A stretch of 64,000 nt of DNA, from assembly GCA_965223505.1 (NCBI GenBank), contig CBDCWP010000013.1, positions 160,001 through 224,000 on the forward strand, given 5' to 3'. Below, in pieces: positions 49,349 through 59,194 of this stretch (positions are counted from its first letter, which is position 1; each line of letters opens with the position of its first letter). A program made the translations under genes and the position numbers. A model generated the notes under the pieces. The model had not been told where the DNA came from. It saw nothing but the letters and a program-made list of their open reading frames with translations, and ran no database searches. The DNA is from Planctomycetota bacterium (lineage in GTDB: Bacteria; Planctomycetota; PLA2; JAEUHO01).

Positions 49349-50728
49349 ATGGCGACCACCATGCCAACGACGCTAATGGAAACGCCCGCCGTGACGGCCG
49401 GGGCGCTAACGACAGACGATCTGTCCGCCTTTCAAGACGACTTTCAGTCCAAGCCCGCCTACCGCCTGATGCAAAACGCCGTGACCGAAACCACCATTGA
49501 CGCGGTGGCCCTCAACCGCCAGGTGGTGACGCGCGCCGACCACACCTTTTCCATCCATCTCGACGACTGGAAGGTGACCAACCAAAAGCAATCGGGCCGC
49601 TGCTGGGCCTTTGCCGGCATGAACCTGATTCGCGTCGGCGCCATGCAAAAGATGGGTCTCAAGAATTTTGAGTTCAGCCAGAATTACGTCATGTTCTGGG
49701 ACAAATTCGAAAAGGCCAATTGGTTCTTAGAGGCCATTTTGCAAACCGCAGGCCGCGATGTCGATGACCGCACTGTGCACTACCTCCTCGGCCGCCCAGT
49801 GGACGACGGCGGGCAGTGGAACATGTTCGTCAATTTGGTGCGCAAATACGGCCTCGTTCCCCAGACGCAAATGCCCGAAACCGAGAGTTCCTCCAGCACC
49901 GGGCGTCTGAATCAGGCCCTGCTCAACGAACTGCGGCAAGGCGCCCGCACCCTGCGCCAACTCGCGGCTGATGGCGCCGGCGATGACGCCTGCCGGGCGC
50001 GCAAAAAAGACATTCTCAACACCGTCTACCGCATTCTCTCCATTCACTTAGGCACGCCGCCGAGCTCGTTCCTGTGGCAGTGGAAGAACAAAGACAAAAC
50101 CTTTCAGCGCAGCGGCGAAACGACGCCGCAAGCCTTCGCCGCCGAGTACACCACCATCCCGCTCGACGATTACATCTGCCTGGTGCACGACCCGCGCAAC
50201 CCTTATGGCAAGACCTACACCGTGGACTTCCTGGGCAACGTCGTCGGCGGCCAGCCCGTGGTCTATCTCAACGTCGATATCCAGCTCATCAAAGCCATCA
50301 CGCAGCGCGCCCTCGAAGACGGCGAACCGGTGTGGATGGGCTGCGACGTGGGCAAACAGATGAGCAGCAAATTCGGCGTCTGGGACCAGCACCTCTACGA
50401 CTTCGAGGGCGTCTACGACACGGCTTACACCAACGACAAGGCCGACCGGCTGCGCTACCGGCAAACCGTCATGACGCACGCCATGCTCTTTACCGGCGTC
50501 GATGTCGTAGACGGCGCGCCGCGGCGCTGGCGGGTGGAAAACAGTTGGGGCGACGAGCGCGGCCAAAAGGGCTATTACCTGATGAATGACAACTGGTTTG
50601 ACGCCTACATGTTCGAGATCGCCGCGCACCGCAAGTATCTCTCGGCCGACTTGCTGCGGGCCTTTGACGAGCCGCCGGTGGTGCTGCCGGCCTGGGATCC
50701 GATGGGGTCGCTGGCGGGGCGGGGTTAG
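49349..50728 (+). CDS. pepC: Aminopeptidase C / bleomycin hydrolase (peptidase C1B)
   Basis: QKQSGRCW, MTHAM, VENSWG, C-terminal WDPMGSLA. Confidence 0.93.
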   Translation: MATTMPTTLMETPAVTAGALTTDDLSAFQDDFQSKPAYRLMQNAVTETTIDAVALNRQVVTRADHTFSIHLDDWKVTNQKQSGRCWAFAGMNLIRVGAMQKMGLKNFEFSQNYVMFWDKFEKANWFLEAILQTAGRDVDDRTVHYLLGRPVDDGGQWNMFVNLVRKYGLVPQTQMPETESSSSTGRLNQALLNELRQGARTLRQLAADGAGDDACRARKKDILNTVYRILSIHLGTPPSSFLWQWKNKDKTFQRSGETTPQAFAAEYTTIPLDDYICLVHDPRNPYGKTYTVDFLGNVVGGQPVVYLNVDIQLIKAITQRALEDGEPVWMGCDVGKQMSSKFGVWDQHLYDFEGVYDTAYTNDKADRLRYRQTVMTHAMLFTGVDVVDGAPRRWRVENSWGDERGQKGYYLMNDNWFDAYMFEIAAHRKYLSADLLRAFDEPPVVLPAWDPMGSLAGRG

Positions 50729-50871
50729 GCGCCAGAACGCCGGTTTTCTTGAGTCGATGATATGGCTTGGGAAAACCGGCGCAGTTGAGGACGGGTACAC
50801 TAAATGGGCCACTCTGATAGGTGCTTGTTTTGTCGCGATTTGTGTTGTAAATTATTACAACACAGGAGAAC

Positions 50872-51150
50872 ATGATGCTTGATGTCGTTGTTATCTGGGA
50901 TCCCGACGACAACGCAGAGCATATTGCCGAACACGGCATCACGCTAGACGAGGTCGAAGACGTCGTAGGCTACCGAGACAATCTACAGGCGACTACGACG
51001 ACAAGCAGATCTTCCGGCCGCTATATCACGTTTGGCTATACCGCTGACATGCGCTACATCGCGGTGGTGTGGGAACATGTCGATGACAATCCGCTCACCA
51101 TTTATCCGATTACTGCTTTTGACGCGCCAGAGCCACGAGGAAGGGGATAA
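50872..51150 (+). CDS. BrnT/DUF4258-like toxin
   Basis: WD..NAEHIAEHGITLDEVEDV...PITAF. Confidence 0.75.
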   Translation: MMLDVVVIWDPDDNAEHIAEHGITLDEVEDVVGYRDNLQATTTTSRSSGRYITFGYTADMRYIAVVWEHVDDNPLTIYPITAFDAPEPRGRG

Positions 51151-51155
51151 TTGTC

Positions 51156-51512
51156 ATGAAACGTATATACCGCAAGATGTCTCATTCGCCCGAAGACAAG
51201 GCGCGTTTGCAGGCGATCCGAGATGAATTTCAAACGCAACGACCGTCACTTGATGACTTGGTCGCATCGGGCGACTATACTGAGCCCACGCCGCACAAAG
51301 AGGTCTTGGATGCGATGCGCATCGCCGCCTTATTGAAACGGGCGCGGGAAGAAGCGCAGCTCAGTTTGGCGGAGGTTTCCAAACGTTGTGGCATCGATCG
51401 TTCGGCGATTAGCCGGATTGAAAATGGCGTGTATAAAAATTTAACCATGAGCACCCTGAGCCGCTTGGCCGGCGCCTATGGGAAACGGGTGACGATCCAA
51501 CTTGAGGACTAA
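51156..51512 (+). CDS. XRE-family HTH protein (putative antitoxin)
   Basis: LKRAREEAQLSLAEVSKRCGIDRSAISRIENG. Confidence 0.85.
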   Translation: MKRIYRKMSHSPEDKARLQAIRDEFQTQRPSLDDLVASGDYTEPTPHKEVLDAMRIAALLKRAREEAQLSLAEVSKRCGIDRSAISRIENGVYKNLTMSTLSRLAGAYGKRVTIQLED

Positions 51513-51754
51513 ACGCGCTTTTCCGGTGACATGCGCTAGTGCTCGATCGCTCCTAAATTGATGGACAGGACTGCCGCCAGTTTTCGACAGTTGCCAATTT
51601 CCTTGTTCGCTAATCCATCGTTTTAGCCGCAATGGAGCAATAGTTTCAGACATCATTAAAAGTCTTCCTCGCTTGACTCACCTGGCCATGATGCGCCAAG
51701 CATCCAAAAGTTCAGAAGCATCAAGGAGGCCGCGGCCAAGTGTGGACATGAGGT

Positions 51755-52531
51755 TTAACTGAGCACATTGCCGCCGTCGATGTTTAGCGTCTGCCCGGTC
51801 ATATAATCTGAATCGCTCGAAGCCAAAAACGCCGCCACGCTGGCGACATCGGCCGGATAGGCTGGCCGGCCCAGTGGAATGCGGCGAATGCGCCGCTGTT
51901 TCGGCTCCCCTTGGGGCATGCCGCGCTGCTCGGCGGTTTGCGCATCAATGAGAGACCACATCTCGGTATCGACCATGCCGGGAGCGAGGGCGTTAACGGT
52001 CACGCCTTTGCGGGCGAGGCTCAGGGCCATGGAGCGGGTCAGGGACATCACGGCGGCTTTACTGGCGCCGTAGACCGCGCTGTCCGCCACTCCCTGGCGC
52101 GCCGCGATTGACGCGGTGTTGATGATTTTCCCGCCGCCCTGAAGCGCCATCTGCCGCGCGACGGCCTGGCCACACAGAAAAACCCCCTTGGCGTTGACGG
52201 CCATAATGTGGTCCCAGTCTTCTTCCGTGATGTCCAAAAAGTCGTGAATTTTGATCACCCCGGCGTTATTAAAAAAGACGTCAACCCGTCCGAACGTCTC
52301 GACGACTTGCCGCACCATCTGCTCAACCTGGGTGATGTCGGTGACATCCACGGCCAGCGCCAAGGCGCGCCGGCCCGTATCGGTGATCGACCTGGCGGTG
52401 TCTTGCAAGAGGGTATCGCGAATATCGGCCACCGCCACATCCGCGCCCTCTTGCGCCAGACGCTCGGCGATCGCCCGGCCAATTCCCCGCGCCGCTCCCG
52501 TCACCAAGGCCACTTGATTGTCTAAGCGCAT
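51755..52531 (-). CDS. Short-chain dehydrogenase/reductase (polyol/acetoin dehydrogenase-like)
   Basis: TGAARGIG, NNAG, YGASK, YMTGQTLNIDGG. Confidence 0.92.
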   Translation of the reverse strand: MRLDNQVALVTGAARGIGRAIAERLAQEGADVAVADIRDTLLQDTARSITDTGRRALALAVDVTDITQVEQMVRQVVETFGRVDVFFNNAGVIKIHDFLDITEEDWDHIMAVNAKGVFLCGQAVARQMALQGGGKIINTASIAARQGVADSAVYGASKAAVMSLTRSMALSLARKGVTVNALAPGMVDTEMWSLIDAQTAEQRGMPQGEPKQRRIRRIPLGRPAYPADVASVAAFLASSDSDYMTGQTLNIDGGNVLS

Positions 52532-52608
52532 CGTCTCTCCTCATTGAATTTCCCGCCGCTTGCTGACGCGAATGCATCGAGCCATCCAGCCGGATGTCGT
52601 CATCATGG

Positions 52609-54260
52609 CTATCGGGCGCCTGGCCCGACATCTCGCTTGCGAATTTTAAACGCCTCAGCCAACCCCTGCAGCACGGCGGCGTCGCGGTCGTAGATGTCCG
52701 GGATAAAGGAGACCACGCCATCGCCATCCACCTGCGCCGTCCAATAGAGGATCAGAACTGGCAAAGGCTGTGGCAAAAACACAGTCTGCGTCTTCCCACT
52801 CGCGACGGTCTTCTGAATCGCGGCGGCGCTCCACGCCGCCTCGTCGTTAAGTAAGAATTCCGCGAATTTGAGTGGGATGCTGCACGCGGATGCAGCCGTG
52901 GCTAAAATTGCGCCGGGTTCTGCTAAACAACTCTCGACTCGGCGTATCGTGCAAAAACACCGAGTGGGGATTCGGGAAGATAAATTTCACCTGACCCAAG
53001 GCATTGTTGGCGCCTGGCCGCTGGCGCAGAATATACGGGAAGTTGTTCCGGTTGTATTGCGCCCAGTTGAGCTGGCTCTGATCCATGACGTTGCCGGCGC
53101 GGTCGATGACATCGATCGATTGCGCCTGCAAATAGGTCCGGATCGCGTTTGACCTTGGGCAGCATCTCCTTGACCGTAATACTGCGTGGCGACGTCCAGG
53201 TTGGGTTAAAGACCAAGTAGGTCATATTGGCTTTAAAAACGGGCGTCTTATGGAAATTCGACCCCACCACCGCCAGGGTCTCCCAGACTAGCGCGCCGTG
53301 CCGAATCAGATAGACTTTGAAGTCGGCAATGTTCACCACGACATACGTTTCCGGGAGCCCGTGCAAGACCCAACGGGTCCTTTCCAGATTGACCCGAAGT
53401 TGATCGATGCGCTGCGCCACGGGGGTATTCAGGGCGGCGAACGTGTCCGGGCCAACCACGCCGTCCACCTCTAGACGATGGCGCTGCTGGAAACGCTTGA
53501 CGGCCGCTTCCAAGGCGTCGTCAAACACCGTCGAGGACGTCTCCATCCCGGCTGGCAGATCGCCGGTGACGGCCAAACGTTGGCGCAGCAGCGCCGCGCG
53601 GTCGTCTGTCATCCCACGTTTCAAGGTTTCCCCCAAGGGAATGGGCCGCCAGCCGCCCTGGCTCTGAATGCCGCGATAGGCAGCCAAAACGTCCTTCAGG
53701 CGCGGGTAGTAATGATGCTGCGGCTTGAGCTTTTCGATGCCCTGATACACGCTTCCGGCATCGAGCATCGCTTGCAACATGGCGGCCGGGTCGAGACGAT
53801 TGATGTCATAGCTTAAATTCCAGTTGCTATCGAGCCGTTCCGGGTCGACTTTGCCAACCAGGAGATGATAGCCGAGCCGGATGATCGCATCGGTCTGCAA
53901 CAAATCAAGGTCAGCAGTGTGTTGTCCATCCGGATTGGATTCGGCGCGCATGCGGTTGAGCGCAGCCAAGTGATAGTCCTCGGGATCAAGCCCATCCTGC
54001 TCACTCTGACGAATAGCGCGAAGCAGCTCGTCCACTGCAGTGGCGCTCCAGGCTGGCCTAAACTGGCGCTGCTCGTAAAAGGCAGGCAGGACGCGCTTCG
54101 AGGCAATTCGGGCGTTGCCAACGGTCAGCTCGCCAAATCGCCGGAGAGATTCGATCTGAATTCGAATGCGATGTTGGGGCCTCTGGGTTTGCGCCCATGC
54201 CAGGCCCATGCTCAACACCAAGCCCAGCAGGCATAGCGCTAGGCGCTGCATGCCGTTCAT
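52609..54260 (-). pseudogene. L,D-transpeptidase (YcbB/LdtD-like) split by two +1 frameshifts (pseudogene or sequencing error)
   Basis: Signal peptide, PG-binding VKRFQQRHRL..DGVVG, frameshift near 53135, FLHDTP...SHGCIRV, frameshift near 52875, LYWT...PDIYDRD, stop at 52609. Confidence 0.85.
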
Positions 54261-54360
54261 GCCATCCTCCTGAGCGAGCGAATCGCTCGTTTGCCAGGTC
54301 CGCGTGTTGCCAACTTCCCGCTGTTCACGGCGCTTTCGTGATGTATTGGCGGTGAGGTTA

Positions 54361-55332
54361 CTAAGGCGTCTTGGAAACCGATTGGTCGGGAAGCTCTAGG
54401 CCCACGCCGAGCAAGTGGCCAAACCACTCGGCGAGCTTTTGGCGATCCGCTTCGGGCAACGGCGGCTTGAGCAGCGAGGCGATATTGGCGCGCAGGTGCT
54501 CGGGATTGCTAGTGCCAAAGAGCGTCACGTGCACCCCAGGCTCGTGGCGCGCGAAGCGATAAGCGGCGTCGGTCAGGCTGCTGGCGCCGCTGGCGTGAAT
54601 GAGAAAGCCGAGCGGATCGTCGCTGTCGGCCAGCCACTGCGGCACGTCGCCGGCGGCGGCCAACTCTTTCATCTTGGCTTTGAGGCGCTCAGGTTGGCTG
54701 AAAATGTTGCGCACCACGAACATCAACACCACGCCGATGCCGTTGGCGATGGTGTGGGGAAACACCTTGGCGCGGGCGTTTTGGTGCATCATGTTAAAAC
54801 CCAGCATCACCGTCTCCCAGACGCCGTCGTGCACGGCCCGCTGCAACATGTGCTGCTCGTGGTCATTGGGCGACGTTTCCGTGATGCCCAAGTGGCGAAA
54901 TTTGCCCTTTTCCTTTTCGCGTAGCAGCACCGGCGCCACCTCGTATAACGCATGGTCGTAGAACGCGGGCGGCACGATATGCAATTGAAACACGTCGATG
55001 TAATCCGTGTCGAGCTGGCGCAGGGAGCGCTCCAGGCTCTCCACCACCTGAGCCGCCGGAATCGGCTCGCCGCCGCGGTGAATGAGGGCTTTAGTGGCAA
55101 TCACCACGCGGTCGCGCGGCGCAGCTTTCACCGCCTCGCCAACCAGCGCCTCGGTGCCGTAGGCCGATGCGGTGTCGAAATAATTGAGACCCAGGTCCAT
55201 CGCTTCATGCAGCAGGGCGAGCGATTCCGCATGCGTCTTGCCGTGTCCGATGCCGACGCGGCTGTTGCCGCCGCATCCATAACCGGCGACGCTCACGCGC
55301 AACCCGGTTCGCCCCAGCGTCACGTACTCCAT
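54361..55332 (-). CDS. Aldo/keto reductase
   Basis: LGRTGLRVS, FDTASAYG, SLRQLDTDYIDVFQLH. Confidence 0.92.
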   Translation of the reverse strand: MEYVTLGRTGLRVSVAGYGCGGNSRVGIGHGKTHAESLALLHEAMDLGLNYFDTASAYGTEALVGEAVKAAPRDRVVIATKALIHRGGEPIPAAQVVESLERSLRQLDTDYIDVFQLHIVPPAFYDHALYEVAPVLLREKEKGKFRHLGITETSPNDHEQHMLQRAVHDGVWETVMLGFNMMHQNARAKVFPHTIANGIGVVLMFVVRNIFSQPERLKAKMKELAAAGDVPQWLADSDDPLGFLIHASGASSLTDAAYRFARHEPGVHVTLFGTSNPEHLRANIASLLKPPLPEADRQKLAEWFGHLLGVGLELPDQSVSKTP

Positions 55333-55365
55333 GCCATCGTCCTTCTATCCGGTTGTCTGTCGCGC

Positions 55366-56199
55366 TTAATTCGCTTCCCAGAGCGCCGCGGCATAGGGCA
55401 CGCGCCGGCCCCACCACTCCGGCCCTTCTTGCACGTAGCGCCACTCGGGGTTCTGCTCTACATCCCGCAGCGCCGCCATCACCGAGCGAAAAATGTCGGC
55501 ATGGGCTTCGGCAAACTCGAAATATGGCGTAAAATCGTAGCTGTCCTGGCGCCCATACCCCCCCGGCGCATGCACATTGCGCCTGACGATATACGGCACG
55601 CCGCCGGCGCTGGCCAGCGCATGGCCTTTGGCGACCATGTTGTCCTGCGCATCGTAGCGGGGCAAAAAATAACTCTCCCGACGCATCCAGTCCATCGCCC
55701 ACCAGGCCGCCGTCTTGTTCTGGGGCGTCACCACACCCAGCGGACAGACCGAGGCGGGCTGCGGCGCGAGGGCGGGGGCATAGGCAAACTGCGTCATCGC
55801 ATGGCTGGTGTAGCTGCGGGGCCGCTGCTCGCCGGGCAGCGTCTCCACCGCGCCGCCGCGCGCTTCAATGAGCTGTTGCAGGTCTTTGATGTAGCGCAAA
55901 ATCGGATCGAGGGCAGCGCATTCGAGCCGAATCAAGGCGCTCGCCTGCGACACGCCGGGGTGGGGGAGGTCGCGTTCCGAACTGAATTCCGGCGCGGCGC
56001 GCAGCAACTGAAAGCGGCCTCGTTCAAAGGCGCTGGGCGAGGCGTGCCCCGTTGTTTCATGCATGTTTTCCATGCCGGCGCCGAGCGCATCGAGCCCTTG
56101 CGCGAGGGACGCATCGGCCTCGCTAGGCGCTAAAGAGACAAACACCGAATACTGATACCCGGTGACGTCGGTCGAAAGATTGAGATCAGCCGGTTGCAT
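55366..56199 (-). CDS. Chlorite dismutase-like (CDE superfamily) protein
   Basis: PQNKTAAWW...GH...IVRRNVH...YDFTPYFEF...LRD...EWRYV pattern. Confidence 0.55.
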   Translation of the reverse strand: MQPADLNLSTDVTGYQYSVFVSLAPSEADASLAQGLDALGAGMENMHETTGHASPSAFERGRFQLLRAAPEFSSERDLPHPGVSQASALIRLECAALDPILRYIKDLQQLIEARGGAVETLPGEQRPRSYTSHAMTQFAYAPALAPQPASVCPLGVVTPQNKTAAWWAMDWMRRESYFLPRYDAQDNMVAKGHALASAGGVPYIVRRNVHAPGGYGRQDSYDFTPYFEFAEAHADIFRSVMAALRDVEQNPEWRYVQEGPEWWGRRVPYAAALWEAN

Positions 56200-56255
56200 C
56201 GTCAACTCCTAATTAACTTGCCCAAAGTTAGCCCAAGTGCAGCTAACCAAGCCTG

Positions 56256-56561
56256 TCATTCGATAATTTCCACGCTTGCCACTCGCTTGGCGCCCTCGTA
56301 TAAATCAAATGCGCAACCCGGTTGCAATCGGTCTGCGGGAGCCGTATCCATCAGAAACTGAGCCCGCGCAATGGAGGGATTGCCTTGCTTTGCCGGAGGT
56401 TCTTCAAATTCCAAAACGATACTCCACGCCTCTTCCGACCACCGCTCGGCGTCCTCTTTGAAGCATGAGACCGTGGCGTATCGTTTGCCAGCGGGCAAAG
56501 TCATGCGACCGCCTTTTTCGGGCGGCACCCAATGTATCTTGGCGCGTACGGATTTCTTCAT
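56256..56561 (-). CDS. Stand-alone EF-Tu domain III-like protein (putative immunity/antitoxin)
   Basis: EKGGR...RY and GCAFDLYEGAKRVASVEII align by eye with EF-Tu EGGR..GY and GLRFAIREGGRTVGAGVV; ATGA-coupled to the upstream ORF. Confidence 0.65.
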   Translation of the reverse strand: MKKSVRAKIHWVPPEKGGRMTLPAGKRYATVSCFKEDAERWSEEAWSIVLEFEEPPAKQGNPSIARAQFLMDTAPADRLQPGCAFDLYEGAKRVASVEIIE

Positions 56562-56863
56562 CGTTCATACTGCCTAATCGTTGCGGTCTCTAATTGCGAC
56601 AAATTGGCGTATCGAGCCGGGCTAATACCATCAAGCCGCATCCAACGTATCAGTTCGTCAGCGACAGCAGCCGTCAGTTCAACCTCGATAATGCGATATT
56701 GCCCTGCGCCTTCCAATGCCTCTCCCCATGCCTTGGCGTGCTCGGGATGTTCCGCGAAAAACTTGCCCTCTAGAGCATAAGGGGCCATCGCAAATTTGCC
56801 CGTTCTCAAAATTTGTTGAAATTCCGCTTCGCTGACCGCTCGGTAGAGCGTCACCATCTCCAT
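56558..56863 (-). CDS. Small ADP-ribosyltransferase-like / polymorphic-toxin-tip-like protein
   Basis: TLYRAVSEAEF first strand, GKFFA, YRIIEVEL, RLDGISPARY; about 100 aa. Confidence 0.5.
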   Translation of the reverse strand: MEMVTLYRAVSEAEFQQILRTGKFAMAPYALEGKFFAEHPEHAKAWGEALEGAGQYRIIEVELTAAVADELIRWMRLDGISPARYANLSQLETATIRQYER

Positions 56864-57046
56864 GCAAACGCCGCCATTCGTTACACGCGTCCTGACCATG
56901 CCCCAACCATTTCTACTATACCATAATCCGCCCTCGTCAACCGAGGCGCATCAGGAGTGGACAACGGCGTCAAACAGTGCGACACTAAGCGCCGTATCAC
57001 CCAATGGACGCCGAATCGACAACCCCAAACCCCGTAGGAGAGGCTC

Positions 57047-57961
57047 ATGAAGCTCGTATTTTTCGATGATTTCAAGCTCGGCGTGCTCAACGGCGATCAA
57101 GTCGTTGACATTTCCAGCGTCGTGCAAGACGTCCCGCATACCGAGCCCGGCAATTTGATCAGCGGGCTCATCGCCCAATTCGACAACTACCGCGGCCGCA
57201 TCGAGAGCGCCGCGCAGGGGCAGGGCAAGCCGCTGAGCGAAGTCCGCCTGCGCTCGCCTTTGCCCAAGCCCAATAACATCGTGTGCATGGCGGTCAACTA
57301 CATGGAAGACGGCACGCGGGACGCGCCGGCCCCCATCAATGCGTTTCAAAAATCGCCCAATTGCGTCATTGGCAACGGCGACACCATGGTGCTGCCCGAC
57401 ATGCCGGCCACCATTTTCGAGGGCGAAGCGGAACTGGCCCTGGTCATTGGCAAGTACGCCGCCAACGTCAGCGAAGCCGATGCGATGAGCTACATCTTCG
57501 GTTACCTCAACTTCATCGATGGCTCGGCGCGCGGCGTGCCGGCGTTCTACCAGATGAAGTCGCGCGACACCTTCGCCCCCATGGGGCCGTATCTGGTCAC
57601 CGCCGACGAGATCGCCGACCCGCAAAAGCTGCAGGTGAAACTCTGGGTCAATGGCGAGATGAAGCAGAATTACAACACCGACGACATGGCCCACAAGATT
57701 CCGCGGACGATTTCGTGGATCAGCTCCATTCATCCCCTGGAGCCGGGCGACGTGATCGCCACGGGCACCAACCACCGGGGTCTCAGCGCCTTCATGGACG
57801 GCGATCGCATCGAGCTGGAAACGGAAGGATTGGGTCGCCTGAGCATTTACGTTAAAGACGACTTGAAACGCAAGTGGTCGCGCGAGACGCGCCTGGATCG
57901 GCAGGAAAAGGGTCTGGACGGCACCACGCCGCAGATCGAGGGCAAGTACAAACCCGCCTAG
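57047..57961 (+). CDS. Fumarylacetoacetate hydrolase family protein
   Basis: EGEAELALVIG, KSRDTFAPMGP, LEPGDVIATGT. Confidence 0.92.
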   Translation: MKLVFFDDFKLGVLNGDQVVDISSVVQDVPHTEPGNLISGLIAQFDNYRGRIESAAQGQGKPLSEVRLRSPLPKPNNIVCMAVNYMEDGTRDAPAPINAFQKSPNCVIGNGDTMVLPDMPATIFEGEAELALVIGKYAANVSEADAMSYIFGYLNFIDGSARGVPAFYQMKSRDTFAPMGPYLVTADEIADPQKLQVKLWVNGEMKQNYNTDDMAHKIPRTISWISSIHPLEPGDVIATGTNHRGLSAFMDGDRIELETEGLGRLSIYVKDDLKRKWSRETRLDRQEKGLDGTTPQIEGKYKPA

Positions 57962-57973
57962 CGTAGACAGCCG

Positions 57974-58009
57974 CCGCCCGTCGTGCTCAGCGCTGAACAC
58001 GACGGGCGG
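57974..58009. terminator. Hairpin between convergent genes
   Basis: CCGCCCGTCGTG/CACGACGGGCGG stem. Confidence 0.6.
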
Positions 58010-58014
58010 ATGGC

Positions 58015-59016
58015 TCATCCATACAGCCCTAACACCTCACTCTGCTCCCTGAGATCCTGAATTTGCTGCGCCCAGTACTGCTCCGTGCCAAAGGCCGGAA
58101 AGGCGCGGGAAAAGGCGGGGTCGTCGCGGTGGCTGAGCAGCCAGGCCGAGTAGCGAATCATGCGCAGCGTGCGCAAGGGCTCGATGAGGCGCAGGCTGTC
58201 GTGATCGAGCAGGCCGAGAATGTCGTAGGAATTGATCAGCACATCGAAGCGGCGCCGCGATTCGTCGTCGCGTCCCGGCACGCTCATCCACAGATCCTGC
58301 ACGATGGGCCCGGTGCCCATGTCATCGAAATCGATAAACGTCGGCTCGTCGCCCCGCCAAATCAGGTTGCCCAGATGCGCATCGCCGTGCAATCGTTGCA
58401 CGCTGACGGCCCCAAAGCGCGGCTCAATGGCGTCGAGAATCTGGGTGACGATCGCCTCATAACCCAGCCGCAGGTTGTCGGGCAAGGTGTCGCTATCGAG
58501 AATCGCCCGCAGGCTTTGGCGGCCCATGGTCTCGACATCGAAATGGGACCGGTGTTGGAACGAATGGCTGCGGCCGACGTTGTGAATCCGCGCCAGCAAA
58601 TGCGCCAGGGGGCGCAGGGCGTTGTCATCGAGTTCATCGCGCGCCCGGCCCACGATTCTGGGGAAAATGGCGAAGGGAATGCCCGTGGCCTCGTTGCGCT
58701 GCAGGGTCTGGCCATCGGCGAGCGGCTCAGGCGCGGCCACGGCGAGTTCTTCCGCGGCAAGTTCCAGGAGAAAATTGTGCTCTTCAAGAATGGCGGCCTC
58801 GGACCAACGGCCCGGACGGTAGAACTTCGCGATGCGGCGGCCGATGTCGCCCGAGGCCTCTTCAACTTCCACATCATAGACGCGATTTTCGTAGCTGTTC
58901 AGGGCGTGACACGTCCCGGTGCAGGCGAGACCCGAGGTCTCCACCGCCGCCAGAATACGTTCGGGGGTGAGGTCGAAAAAGGAATGTGAACTGCCGGGCG
59001 GTGCGTCGTTTTTCAC
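58015..59016 (-). CDS. srkA: Stress response Ser/Thr kinase SrkA (RdoA/YihE)
   Basis: LNSYENRVY, AKFYRPGRWS, RLHGDAHLGN, IDFDD; GTG start after AAGGAG. Confidence 0.9.
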   Translation of the reverse strand: MKNDAPPGSSHSFFDLTPERILAAVETSGLACTGTCHALNSYENRVYDVEVEEASGDIGRRIAKFYRPGRWSEAAILEEHNFLLELAAEELAVAAPEPLADGQTLQRNEATGIPFAIFPRIVGRARDELDDNALRPLAHLLARIHNVGRSHSFQHRSHFDVETMGRQSLRAILDSDTLPDNLRLGYEAIVTQILDAIEPRFGAVSVQRLHGDAHLGNLIWRGDEPTFIDFDDMGTGPIVQDLWMSVPGRDDESRRRFDVLINSYDILGLLDHDSLRLIEPLRTLRMIRYSAWLLSHRDDPAFSRAFPAFGTEQYWAQQIQDLREQSEVLGLYG

Positions 59017-59194
59017 GCCATCTCCTTTGCTGCGCGGTCTTGGGCCGTCAGGCGAGCCTGGGGGGCTCAGGCCGGCTTCCTGGCAACAGCCTACTCGGTC
59101 AAGGCGAATCTTGCAAGGGCGCGGCCCCTGTGCTTTAATCACACAAGCGCCGTGCGCCTTATTCATCAGGGACCAGGGACGAGGGGACATACGC

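Noticed and set aside
51441..51656. Possible HicA-like relic
   Set aside because: Similarity is too weak, and the ORF overlaps the XRE gene
56951..58018. 355-aa antisense ORF and similar long shadow ORFs (54952-56133, 45557-46558, 58063-58989)
   Set aside because: They lie opposite well-supported genes in GC-rich DNA
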